A stretch of 64,000 bases of DNA from Mobula hypostoma (Eukaryota). Below are positions 1-11,958 of the stretch, in pieces (within the stretch, counting starts at the first letter, position 1; every line of letters starts with the position of its first letter). Both the position numbers and the translations under genes were made by a program. The stretch spans positions 24,428,001 to 24,492,000 of the forward strand of contig NC_086108.1 of the NCBI RefSeq assembly GCF_963921235.1. Direction: 5' to 3'. Under the pieces are notes generated by a model. It worked only from the letters and a program-made list of their open reading frames with translations. It was not told the origin of the DNA and made no database searches.

Positions 1-85
1 TACCTCACTTAAAGTAAACACAAACTTAGACTCAGGTGTGGGACTTCTGTGTCTTCCGTTGAATTAGTTTAAGGTTTGGAAGTTA

Positions 86-1090
86 CAAAACATAACACAT
101 GGTGAATTGCCCGTTTGGTTTTAGAACTAGTTTGTCCATAGAAGACAGAGGGTAGTGGTCAAAGGGACTTATTCTAGCTGGAGGTCTGTAATCAGAAGTG
201 TTCTGCAGGGATCTATACTGGGGCCTCCGCTGTTTGTGATATATATAAATGACCTGGTTGAAAATGTAAATGGGTGAGTAAGTAAGTTTGTACAAACGTT
301 TGTAGATGATACGAAGATTAATGCTATTGTGAATAGTGTAGATGACTAGTAAAGAATAAGGTGGGATTTAGAAAAGTAACAGAGAAGGGTGAAGAATTGG
401 AACACAGAGATTAACCCAGAAAAATATGAAGAATTGCACTTTGGTAGGTCAAATGTAAAGAGGTAGGACAAAGTTAAGTGCAAGATCCTTAACAGTGTTG
501 ATGAGCAGAGGGATCTTGGGGCCCGAGCTCATCTTTCCCTGAGCATGACTACACAGATTGATAGGGTGGCTCAGAAGGCATATGGCACGTTTGCCTTTAT
601 TAGTCAAGACACCGAGTGAAAAGTCAGGAATTTATATTACAGCTTTACAAAACTCACATTAGGCCGCATCTGGAGTATAGCATACAGTACTTGTTGCCCC
701 ATTATTGGAAAGACAGTGAGGCTTTGGAGAAGGTGCAGAGAAGGTTTACCAGGATGTTGCCTGGAATGATAGGTTGGACATACTTGAGTTCTTTTCTGTA
801 GCGTGACAGACTCTGAAGAGAGATCTGATCAAGGTTTATAAGATTATGAAAGGCTAGATGGAGCCAACAGACAATATCTTTTTTTCAAGTGATGAAATGT
901 CTAATGCCAGAGAGCATGCATTTCAGGTGAGAAGGGGTAATTTCAAAAGGAGATGTGAGGGGCAAGTGAGTGGTAATTTCAATACACAGAGGTTGGTGGG
1001 TGCATGGAATATGCTGCTTTGAGAGGTGGTGGAGGCAGATACAACATTTTGGGCCAAAGGGCCTGTTCCTGTGTTGTACTGTTCCTGTTC
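86..1090 (+). mobile_element. CR1-type LINE, decayed 3' part of ORF2 (RT) and 3' tail
   Basis: Fragments such as LQLYKTHIRPHLEYSIQY...LEKVQRRFTRMLPG, interrupted by stops and frameshifts. Ends in the ...ggcctgttcctgtgttgtactgttc tail. Confidence 0.9.
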
Positions 1091-1688
1091 TCAATTCTAA
1101 ATGAGATCGCAACTCAAAGTGAAAGAGCATAAAAATTTGTTTTATGGTAAAACTTTGAAGGTTACATGCATAGAGAGACCTGTTACTGTACAAAAAGTTA
1201 AGATGTGAAAAGCAGTACTTACATGGTAATCAAAATACCATGGAACTGAAATCAAGATAAAGTGTAATACTTACTGTCTCTAATGCTCGCAGTGAAAGCA
1301 GATGGGTATAAAATGTAATGGCAAAGGGAGGGGGGAGGCAGCACTAGAATAAATGCTCAGATATTACACTGCTTACCGTGTCATTTGTAAAAGGAAAAAT
1401 GCTTTAGAATGGAAAATGGAGGATAAATTAAAGCCAGAACTTGGTCATAAAAGTGCATGAATGTCTCATGCAGAACTACAAAGCACCATAGCCTATATTG
1501 CAGAAAATAATTCACAGCATTAATGTAAGAGGTGCACAACCTTCCGAAGTACCCACTAAGAGGTGAAAGGATGTTTTCAAAGACCCTTTGAAGAAGTGTA
1601 GCATCCTTTTTGATTTGTGGGAATCGCTGACCCGTGACCACTCAAAGTGATCAAAGAGCATTAGGGATTTGAATCCATGCATTGAGAG

Positions 1689-1911
1689 TGTTATGTTTGT
1701 TCTTAATAAAGACAAACTTACATGAGTAAAAAACTAACACAGTTATTCACAATCAGGGCTTCAACTTGATCAACCTCATTTTACTCGACACACTCCAGCC
1801 CGCCAAGAGTGTGTGTCATCTGTTCACCAACATCACTTCCAGTTCCGGGGTGAACCGCATACATCGCACACTGGAAACTGAAGTTCTTTATCATGTACAC
1901 ACATAATAACA
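1689..1911. mobile_element. Putative solo LTR (~220 bp)
   Basis: Termini TGTTAT...ATAACA form a perfect 6-bp inverted repeat with TG...CA ends. No clean TSD (gagag vs tggag). Confidence 0.5.
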
Positions 1912-3334
1912 TGGAGAACACACAGAAATTGTGAGGAAAGTTGGGTAAATTAGGATTATTTTTTACAGAACAAAGAAGATGTAGGTGAGATTAAATTGAA
2001 GTAGATAAAATTATGAGGGACCTAAATACAGTGAATAGGAAGAAACTACCTCCTTAGCAGAGAGGTTATTAAAAAGGGAGAATAGAATCAAAGTAATTGA
2101 TATAAAGCTTTGAGGCAAGATGAGGGAAAAATTGTGAATCTCTGTCTGTGACTCTTAAGCAGTCTATTCATAAACTGAACTTTTTCAATTCAATTCGGTT
2201 TCACTTTGAGAGGTTCCATCAAATTTGATCTTCATCCACAACTTTTGAACTGTAGTGCCTTTTGCTGTAGTGCCTTTCAAATGTCACTCTTCTCTCGTAC
2301 AAATATCATCCAGTGAGATTAATGAATGTGAGCTGTGTCAGCTATTCGAACCAGCACTCTTCACTTTCCAGTTACTCAACCGTTTAATTAATGCACCAAC
2401 TGATTGTGCTCAATTTCTGTTCACTCAACAACCAGCTAGACTTTCTTTTTTAAATCATCTTTTCCTAATTTCTTCAGAACAGCAAAATGGATGAAAACTA
2501 GACCTTGCTTCGTGAAAGGGTGAGAGAGGTAGAAACCTACACTACATAATGCTAAATAGTAATTGTGTGTTGTTGTTAAGAAGACCTAACTATGGCCATA
2601 GTTCTGGAAGGTGGATAATTCTGGATAAATGAATGTCCTCCTTTTGCATCCTAATTTTTTCTCATTGATTTAACACTAAGATGAGCTTTGGACTCATATC
2701 CCACAAAATACAGAAATAAATTAATGCAGACAAAGAAATCTGAAGTTAAAACATAGAACAAAGAAAATGTTCAGCATGTCACTGGATCTGTGAACCTTAT
2801 TCAACACAACACCAGTCCAATTACATCCCAAATCATGACAATCATTCAGCTCCGGTCTGGCGTTCATCCCTTGAACTGATTTTCTCAACCATCGGTGGCC
2901 ATGCTTACAGCTACTAAAGATCAAAGTTTTCTTTCCGCTCTGCTTCTTCTGTCAATGTGAAGATACTTATTGTAATCTTACTCTGGCCAAGCTTTTGCTC
3001 ATCAAACCTCACATTTTCCTCCATGATTCTGCAGCAAATTTTGTCTGAAAAACATTTTCTTTTTAATACCCCAGAAGCTTCTTGTCCTTTCATAAATATA
3101 AATGACCACTTATCACCACAATAAATAAATCCATATGTGGTTTAAACAATGGCCTACAAAATTAAATGCATCTTCTGCTGAGAATGAATTAGAACAACAG
3201 AAGGAAGAACTTAAGTTCTTGCATTTCTATGTTTCTTGGAGTTTGTGAAATATAGGGAGTACAGGCCAAATATAGATGGCTAAACTCTGACAAGTACATA
3301 GTAAACTATTAGTGTGGAATATACAAATCAAAGG

Positions 3335-3960
3335 CAAGTCAAAGTACATTTACTATCAAAGTATGAATACTTTATACAACCTTGAGATTTGTCTTTGCAC
3401 AGGCAGCTACAAAACAAAGAAACCCAATAGAACCACTTAAAACAAAAGAAGATCATCAAACACTCAACATGCAGAGAGAGAAAAAAGAAAAAAACGTGCA
3501 AACAATTAAAGTAAGCAACTAGAATTCAGAACTGAAGTCTATTAACACTGTGAAAGTTACAGGCCACAGCCACAGTTCGGTGCAGAGATGAGTAATCCCT
3601 GAGCAGTAATGAGTTGAAGTTCAGCGTGGAGATGAGTAAATTCTCGCGAAGCAACAATTTGAACCAGCCCTTGTATCCTGTCCTTTTCAATCTGGACTGG
3701 CGCTTAAATTGGCCAGACTTTGCTCTCAGACCTGGACCCTGCTGCTTCGATCCCTCTTGGGCCGGTGCCCTACCACCTCAATTCGGCCTGGACCCACCTT
3801 TTCCAATTCAGTTCAGCACTTAAATCGGCCAAACCTCGGGTGTTTCCTTGCTGTCAGGCCTGCCTGGGTATGAGCCCTGCTGCCTCAACTCTGAATTGCT
3901 TCTGCTCACCTCAGTTCTGCCAAATCGAATTGCCTCAAAGTTCGCTCCAGGAAAGGCCAA
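3335..3960 (-). repeat. Non-coding interspersed repeat with a Rex/Babar-like 3' tail and internal degenerate GC-rich sub-repeats
   Basis: Left end aagtcaaagtacatttactatcaaagtatg resembles the LINE tail at 58598. Internal cttaaattggcc / cttaaatcggcc motifs recur. Confidence 0.45.
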
Positions 3961-6756
3961 ACATTGGCTCATTTCCCCAGTATCATAGTTGGTTCCAGGT
4001 ATTTGAACCGGCACAGGTGTATGATGGAGTATTGTGCTTAGAAATGGTAATGGAATGGGAAAATCTTTCGCACGTGGCAGAATCTGGGAGAGAGGTCAAT
4101 GCTGTTACTATGGTTGAAAGGAATTAAGGGCACTAATACATTTGTTATGATTTCAATGAGTGCTGTTGAGACAATGCCACTTTGGTTTTAAAACTTGTCA
4201 AATGTAGGCTTTTGAAATGTTACATTTCTCACCTTGATATATAAAGAAATGTCAGGGAAGAAAGCAGGCAGGGAAATGCACTGAACCAATCAACTGATGG
4301 AACTGATTTATGCTTCTGCTTATTGCTTTAGGGGATGAAGACAGGAGAAAGCATAGAGTTAGATTAAATTAAAATGGGAGAATAGAAAAAACAAAGAGGA
4401 CAGAAGTTAAGGAGATTACTCAAGTGGTAAAAGGATTCAGACTGCTGGGACACTCCACATCAAAACATATTAATCTTTTATCAAATGGTCATTATTCATC
4501 AAGGGCAATAACTCCATCAACAGCCACTCTAGGTTTCTGGAGTTGGCAGGCATGAGTTGGTGACCATTAACAACTGCAAATTTAATGACTGTCAGCAGCT
4601 ATGGATCAACAAGTACCAGTTCTCCCCCAGAGGAGAGGGGCAAGGCTGTAACTATCACTGAACAGAAGTGCTGATCACTGTATTTCTCTCTTTGTCTCAG
4701 TCTTCTGCGGGTGTGCTGTCTCATCGGTTAATAAACCGCTTTATTTCAGGTTGTTAATGTTGTTCTTAGCAGGAAGTCCACCAGTGTACAGTAAATTCCC
4801 ATACAAAGGGCAGATGGAACTGTCAGAAAGAAGCAAATTCAATCTCTGCTGAATCCCTGTCCCGGGACATACAACTTCAACACCTTTTTAGGCGTCTTTT
4901 GCATTACAAAAAAAAAGATTGAAAGAAAACAAGCGATATGTAGTACTGAAGTTTAATTCAAAGTTAATCGAAATTATTCTCTGCTGCTTTTGCTGCGACT
5001 CAGGACTTTTCCCATATCCATAATCATGTTTAATTAGGCACCACAACCACATCAATGAAAAATAAGCATCAGATTTCAGCCAGAGCCAAATGCAACACTG
5101 CTGATTTACCACTTAATCTGTTTTGATCTTAGGCTATGGAATATTCCCATAATTACAGGAGTGTATCAATCACTTAAAGAATAACTTATCTGGAAAAAAA
5201 CATTGTCAGATAGACAAAAATTTATTTGGAAAAAACCATTGCATAAGTATTTATGGATTGTTTCTTACTCTTTGATATTTATAAATTATTTTCTAATGTG
5301 GCATGGCTGTATTTTTAAGCTGCTTTGGTTTAAAATACATCAGTAAACACACTGCCTCATGTATAGGTTACAAAGCCATTTCCATTTCACCATCTCATAA
5401 ATCAGATTTGCCACAGGAATGACTGAAAATATGGAGACAGCAGTATTGATTTTTTTTTCTTTTCAATAATACAATGTATAAGCTGGTATTTATCTAATTC
5501 TCTTTAATTAAAGTCACCCATCCCCTATTTCTTTCTCAGCTAAAAGGATAATCAATGTCTTGATATTTATTCCACTGAGGATAGTTCTGCATTCATTTAG
5601 TAAACTAAACAACTTATTTTTTATTCACTGAGCATTCTAGCACAGGCAAACAAAGACAGCAGTTCAGGAGAACATGTTATCAGTGACCCTGTCAGAAACA
5701 CAATGTGTAGCAAGTTGCATTCACTGCTTTTACTGAAAACTACACCATTTGATGTAGCTTATTGATCAGAACAAAATGAGGGCTCTTCTTGTAAGTCTCC
5801 AGGAATTTACATAACGAGGAGTTGAACCATGCAGATTGGTGGGGAAGACTGGGGGTGCATGGGATGTTAATTTCCTTCTCAGCTCCACTGCACAATAGAG
5901 CAATGAATCCCAAACTGGGGTAAGTCAATCTCCTAGATGAAAATGGATGAGATTACAGAAGATTTAATAATACTAAGACAGAATGTTCAATTTTTAAACA
6001 AGTGAAAATTTGCTCTACATGCTAGCTGTGGAGTGGTTGAACACCTCCAGGAAAATTCAAATTATTCTAACTTCTTAAAGGACGTTGTTGAGGGATGTAT
6101 TCCAGTGCATGTGAACAAGTGTGGTATGTTGTTGAAAATATGGGGAACTACTGCATAAAGGGAGTCACAGTAATTTTCACAGCTTCTGAATTGAAGGGAG
6201 GAGGTTGGGAGGGTGGTGCGGGGCTTGGATAGGAAACTGTAAGGATAATTTCTGCTTCAGCAAAAGGTATTTTTTAACATGAAAAAGTAAAGAGCCTTCA
6301 CTGGAATATTGCCAAGATAGAACATCAAAATGTAATAATTAAGAAGCATTGAAGTTTTGATTCAAAACTTGTTCATATGTAGGGGAAGAGAAACAAGGGA
6401 TTCCATGGTTCCATCTTTCTAAGTCCTCCTGAATTTGTGACTTACTGTCAGAGACGATGTAACCCAGTACAGGTTAAAGATGGATAAAGAAATGTGAGCA
6501 CAGTGTAAACATTACTGGATTCAATGACCTGCACTAGTTATCCAGAGACATGAGTAAATTACTCTCACCATTGACAACTAACAATTTTGAATTTAAACAA
6601 AAATGGGGGATAAAAATCAGTAAGTGTCATCACAAAACTGCTAGACTACCATAACAACCCATCTAGTCAGCTAATGTTCTTCATGTATGATATGACCACA
6701 GATCCATCAATGTTCTTCAAACTGGTCTAACGTGTCAGTCAGGTCAAAGGTAATTA

Positions 6757-6895
6757 GAACATGAGATATTCTGGAGATGCTTAAAATCCACAGCAACACA
6801 CACAAAATGCTGGAGGAACTCAGCAGGTCTGGCAGCATTTGAGGAAATGAATAAACAGTCGATGTTTCAAACCGTGACCTTTCTTCTGGACTTTT
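6757..6895 (-). mobile_element. Penelope-like element 3' end (pLTR) fragment
   Basis: Contains cacacacaaaatgctggaggaactcagcaggtc...cagtcgatgtttc, homologous to the terminus of the 34418-36902 element. Confidence 0.8.
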
Positions 6896-7715
6896 AGGGA
6901 AGGTAATTAGGGATGGGTAGTAAATGCTGGCTTTCCCAGGAACACCGATTTTTCTGCAGTGATCAGAGACCATTGGTGTGCCCACTAATAGTTACCAAGC
7001 ATGTGATTTCAAATTCTTTGAAAAATAATTGACAGATTAGTATCTTAAAAAGTGCCCGTGCACTTTGTCCACTCCAATGAAATAAATACATACTATAGAA
7101 TAACCCACATTAAGGAAAGCTTTTAAATCTTTACAGAGAGAAACCTGTAACTCAGGTGGTTCTTTGAAACCAGTTTTCAACAGAGAGAGAATCCACTAAT
7201 TTATGGTTTTAAAATAAGAAAATGTATTTCTTATATAAAGTGTCCTATCCTTGCACTATATATATATTTGAAGTATGGCTGCAGTACTCAGAAGTGAAAG
7301 TAATTTACTTTACTTGTCGATTAATTACTTAAGTGGTATTTCCAGGATAAATTCAACATGCCCTGGTAAGCTTCTCTCAATTAACTCCTAAAACAGGACA
7401 TGCATACAAGACCCTGGAGATGACAAGATCAGATCTCTTAACTCTAGGCCAAGTTCTAATTTGAACTTTATTGTTTTACTTTGGAAACTAAAGATCAATT
7501 TTTTTTTACCTTACATGTTATCTGACTTAGAAACATCTTAATATGCTCTGCTGCCCGTGAAATACTTCTGAGGTGTAGTTACATTTCAAGTATTGAAATT
7601 GGTTTGCTAGCACTTTTTAAAAATGTGTCAATAAATATTTCATTATTCCCTTTCATACAGATTCAAGGAAATTCTACGTGATAATTGACAAACGCCAAAG
7701 ATTTTTAGATCATTA

Positions 7716-8955
7716 CTAGACAATGGGGTGACCCGTTGGGGCACCCTTTGAGAAAAGGGTAGTGCAGTCTGATGTGACCAGAATGTAAATTAAATTTTCC
7801 TGAATGCTATTGGTATCGCTTTGCTTTGGAAACTGAAGCAGAAAACCACAGTTTATTAAAGAAGAATGATGTGTAGCAAAGCAACTATAGTTCCTCCTCG
7901 TTTAACGAAGGACACTTTTGATGGCATCATTTCTGGTTTATTTTCCATCCCTGTGCCTCTTGTTGTCATTCAGGAGATGTGCAGTCCTTTCATCCCCTAT
8001 CTCTTCATCTCTTCTGCTTTTTGTTCTTTGTCTCTGAACCTGGAGACGTGCATTTCTCAGCTCCTTTGTCTCTTCCTCGCTCCTCCTCCTGTGCCTGTTT
8101 TTGTCATTCTGGAGACGGGCAGTCCTTTCAGCCCCTGTCTCTTCATCTCTTCTGCTGTTTGTTCTTTGTCTCTGATCCTGGAGACGTGCATGCCTCTCCT
8201 CCACTGTCTCTTCTTCTCTCATCTTCTTTTTGTCCTGACTCTTTGATCCTGGAGTTGTGCAACCCTGGCCTCATCCGATTCTTGTTCTCTCCCTCTCCTT
8301 GCTGCTTTCTGATGACGTTTGGCGTCATCTCTTGACCATAATGTTCCCCTTCCCTTTCCACGCGGCATAATTAGGCTGACCATTTTTTTTTACCCTAATG
8401 CTGGATAGAAGATACGAAGCACTAACACCAAAGGATGCTGATTATTCTTGATGATGTGGTTGGCGCTCTCCTAAATGGACGTGATATAGTCACCGCCGTT
8501 CTTTGACTGCAGCAAAGGGTTTTATGGGTGTCTCAAAGTGTGTGATTACAATAAGTTTTAATTATCTCTTATTGATGAGTCTCAGTTTGATCTGTCCCAA
8601 TCCTGCACATGCTAATGGTGATGAGCAGAATGTGACCCCTCGAAATAGAGCTGCCCTGCCCTTTTGCTCCAGCAAGTGTCGCTGCTGAGGCAGGCTATGT
8701 GCATGCGTCGGGCTGTCGCGTCCCGATTTCCATGATGGCGGGTCGTCTCTCAGGTGAAAGCGAGCCTGTTGATTTTGGCGAATGAGCCATGTTATACGAA
8801 TATATAACCCTGAACTTTGCCTGCATTCTGCAAGTTAGCGCATTTTAATTCAATTTAGCCAAAAAAAGTGTCACTGTATTGCACCATTTGCGCTAATGGG
8901 AGGTCACAAACAGACAGACATACAGACCAGAGCATGAGAGTTTTGGTAGTATTGC
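7716..8955 (-). mobile_element. Non-autonomous Helitron (~1.24 kb)
   Basis: Minus-strand 3' end has a GC hairpin GGGTGcCCC-AAC-GGGtCACCC (7726-7746), then CTAG (7716-7719) followed by T. The 5' end reads ...aatactaccaaaactctcatgctctggtctgtatgtctgtctgtttgt, a Helitron-like start with (TCTG)n; the terminal TC is not clear. No TSD. Confidence 0.8.
7938..8368 (-). pseudogene. Helitron-borne ORF of five 23-aa STPR-like (E-T-x-E-E-R-x-x-R-L) repeats, with one frameshift
   Basis: ATG at 8368 gives MPRGKGRGTLWSRDDAKRHQKAARRGREQESDEARVAQLQDQRVRTK. After a frameshift near 8225: EEETVEERHARLQDQRQRTNSRR / DEETGAERTARLQNDKNRHRRRS / EEETKELRNARLQVQRQRTKSRR / DEEIGDERTAHLLNDNKRHRDGK*. Confidence 0.75.
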
Positions 8956-9249
8956 ATGACAACTTATTGCATGACAAGTATTAAATAACTTTGTCATGGA
9001 GTCCACTGTAACAGAAAACCATCAAGCAAACGCATAAGATATGTTCATTACAACCTCTTGCAACTTTCAAAACTATTGACACATGGATATAGAGCAGAAA
9101 GGGTATAAGTGTACAAGTTTAGGTCACTGAATCTTAGTCAGGGTTGATGTGTTGATTGGGAACACTTTTCCTCTCTGTTATTTTGAGGATTAATTGTTAT
9201 TGATATTGCCTTTGTCTTCCAACTAAGAAATACAGAGGAAGAGAAAATT

Positions 9250-9760
9250 TTGGAGTGTTTATATAAAGGTGCTTGGAGGTGGCATACAGGTAGTAGTGAA
9301 AGTGACATACAGAACACTGCTTTGTTGCATAAAGCATCTACATTCTACAGTTTTTACATCATTATCATTACACCTTTATGGAATACCATGCACATTTCTG
9401 GTCAGTACTTCAAGAAAGGATGCATTAACATTGGAGAGGGTGTACAGGAAATTCATAAGGACCTTGCTGGAAAATGCTGATTAAGATATACGAATGAAAT
9501 TATTAAAGGATTATTAAATCAAGGTTTATAAATTGTGAGGTGCCAAGATAAAGTGAACAGGAGCTCTGGTTTACTGTACTTTAGCAAAGGGATCGATAAT
9601 TCAGGGATAATTCAAGGTAAAAGGATTGCAGAGTTAAGTATTTTTTGTTCAGTCAAGGGTGATGATGCTGAGAGGCCAGCAGAGATCTAGAACCTGGTGC
9701 CTGAAAGTGTGGAGATGGAAAATAACATTACATTTAACTAAGTGTTGGTTAAGCATTTAA
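9250..9760 (+). mobile_element. Old CR1 LINE fragment
   Basis: RKDALTLERVYRKFIRTL is homologous to the CR1 ORF2 C-terminus. Heavily decayed. Confidence 0.65.
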
Positions 9761-10117
9761 CATCTTATTGCCATGAAAGCCAAGAAACAAGATTAATGAT
9801 GGCTTTTACTGAGAGATATGATATGCTGAATGCCCGCCTACATAACACTAATTAAAATCTAAACATATTTTCAATTTCTCCCTAAGAAATTGAGCAAAGT
9901 TCCGGAAGTACTACAGTACTCTCCTACCTAGAATGACATGATTTTATGACTGAAATTGACACTAATGTGACTTCAGTTGCAATCCCTGCTGGTATATGGT
10001 TCTAAAAGACAACATTCAAGCCCATTTAATCATTCACATGCTATTGTCTCTCTGCACAAGTTACACATTTCCTGACAGTCGACGTTCCCCTTCCTGACTG
10101 ATTTATAGTTCCTGGAA

Positions 10118-10490
10118 TATGAACTCAGAGCAATACAGTAAGGACACAGGCCCTTTGGTCCAACAAGGTTACACCAATCACAATGCCCACCCAGTTTGCC
10201 CCTGTGTTCAGTCCTTATCCCTTTAAGCCTCACTTCTCCATGTACCTGTCCAAGTACTTCTTGAATGAGGCTATTGTACCTGTCACAAACACTTCTTGCA
10301 ACTCTTTCCATATCTTCATAACCTTCTGTTTGAAAAGATTGCCCCTTAGGTCCATTTCAAATCTTTCCCCTAAATCTATGCCCCTATTTTTGGACCATTA
10401 CAACCCAGCTTCTCTATTTTAAATATTTCCATAAAGTCGGCTCTCATTCTCCAATGTTACAAGGAATAAAGACCTAAACATAGCTGAACT
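10118..10490 (-). mobile_element. CR1 LINE 3' fragment
   Basis: Reverse-oriented CR1 3' tail (caatacagta...acaggccctttggtccaac) with adjacent ORF2-end sequence. Confidence 0.75.
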
Positions 10491-10649
10491 CTTTGCTTTG
10501 CAGCCTATAGAAAACAGATAACTTATTTAATTTATTGCTCTGTTTGTTATAATCCACAAGTTACACAGCAACTTACATTTATGGTATCTTTACCACAGCG
10601 AAATTTTTTCCAGTGGCTGCCCAAAGGGGAATGCAGATTTTGAGGATTT

Positions 10650-11490
10650 TAAGACCATAGATAGGGGCTCAGCCCTTCGAGTCTGTTCCACCATTCCATC
10701 AAGACTGATTTATTATCACTCTCAACCCCAGTCTCCTGCCTTCTCCCTGTAACCTTTTCACTAGTCAAGGACCTATCAATCTCCACTTTAAATATACCCA
10801 AAGACTTGACCACCACAGCTTTCTGTGGTGAAGTATTCCACAGATTCACCAGCACCTTCTTAAAGAATTTTTTCCTCATCTGTTCTAAAGAGACATCCAT
10901 CTGTTCTGAGGCTGTGCCCTCTGGTCCTAGACTCCCCTCACCATAGGGAACATCCTCTCCACATACACTCTATCTGAACCTTTTAATATTCAATAGCTTT
11001 CAATGAGATTCCTGTTCATTCTACTAAACACAAGTTATAAAGGCCCAGAGCCAACAAACACTCCTCATGTTAACCCTTTCATTCCTGTGATCATTCTCGT
11101 GCACCTCCTCTGGACCCTCTCCAATGCCAGCACTTCCTCTCTTAGATAAGGGGCCAAATCTGCCTGTTATTTCATCAAATAATTCCAACAGATTTGCCAG
11201 TCAAGTTTTCCCATTAAGGAAACTATGACTTCAGCCAATTTTATCACGTGCCTCCAAGTATTCCAAAACCTCATCCTTAAGAATAGACCCCAGTGCCTTC
11301 TCAACAACTGAAGTCAGGCTAACTAGCCTATAATTTTGTTTCTTATGCTTTTCCAAGTACCTTCTCCATAGTAATAGCAACTATGCTCATGTCTGCCTCC
11401 TGACACTCTCAATCTCCTGGCATGTTGTTGGTGTCCTCCATATTGAAGACTGAAACAAAATACTTAAGAGATTGTCTGCCATTTTATGGG
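10650..11490 (-). mobile_element. CR1 LINE, decayed and internally deleted
   Basis: MRKKFFKKVLVNLWNTSPQKAVVVKSLGIFKVEIDRSL, plus the CR1 3' tail at ~10650. Confidence 0.85.
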
Positions 11491-11859
11491 TTTACATTGA
11501 GGGAGAATGCCAAGACCATAGAATTATGTGAGTAGCGGTCATCCCCAGGTTACAACCATTGGCTAATGTGATGGAGGATACTACCAATGAATGAGTTCCC
11601 ATTATTAAGTTCTTAAGACCCACATACGTATGAATGTCATTTACCGAGCAGCACTAGTTACACTAATTACTCCTCTCTCTCTCTCTCTCTCCACTTTAAG
11701 TAATCATTCTTTCCTATCATAATTATGTGTTTTTGATATCATGTATCACAATACTGTGGAATGATGCTTACCACATTGAGTGATGTTGTAACTTATTGGT
11801 AACTGTGGCTTTCAACCTTCTTATCGCAAGAATTAGCCAATGGACTCTCTTCTGGAGTA

Positions 11860-11958
11860 AAACAGCACAATGTGCTTTGAGGAACTCAGCAGGTCAGCCA
11901 GCATCAATGGATGGAAATAAACAGTCAGCGTTTCAGGTCAAGACTATTCATCAGGATA
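11860..11958 (-). mobile_element. Penelope pLTR fragment with degenerate hammerhead motif
   Basis: Minus strand tatc-CTGATGA-atagtcttgacct-GAAA-cgctgactg, followed by the pLTR terminal sequence. Confidence 0.7.

Noticed and set aside
7938..8222. Trichohyalin-like or coiled-coil host exon
   Set aside because: It lies inside Helitron termini, has a strict 23-aa period and a frameshift, and is unrelated to astn1.
7866..8335. Plus-strand hydrophobic ORFs (126 aa and 118 aa) as membrane proteins
   Set aside because: They are antisense shadows of the charged STPR repeats on the minus strand.
8950..8977. 13-bp direct repeat tattgcatgacaa as a TSD of the Helitron
   Set aside because: Both copies lie on the same side of the element, and Helitrons do not make TSDs. 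It is more likely a local micro-duplication that blurs the 5' end.
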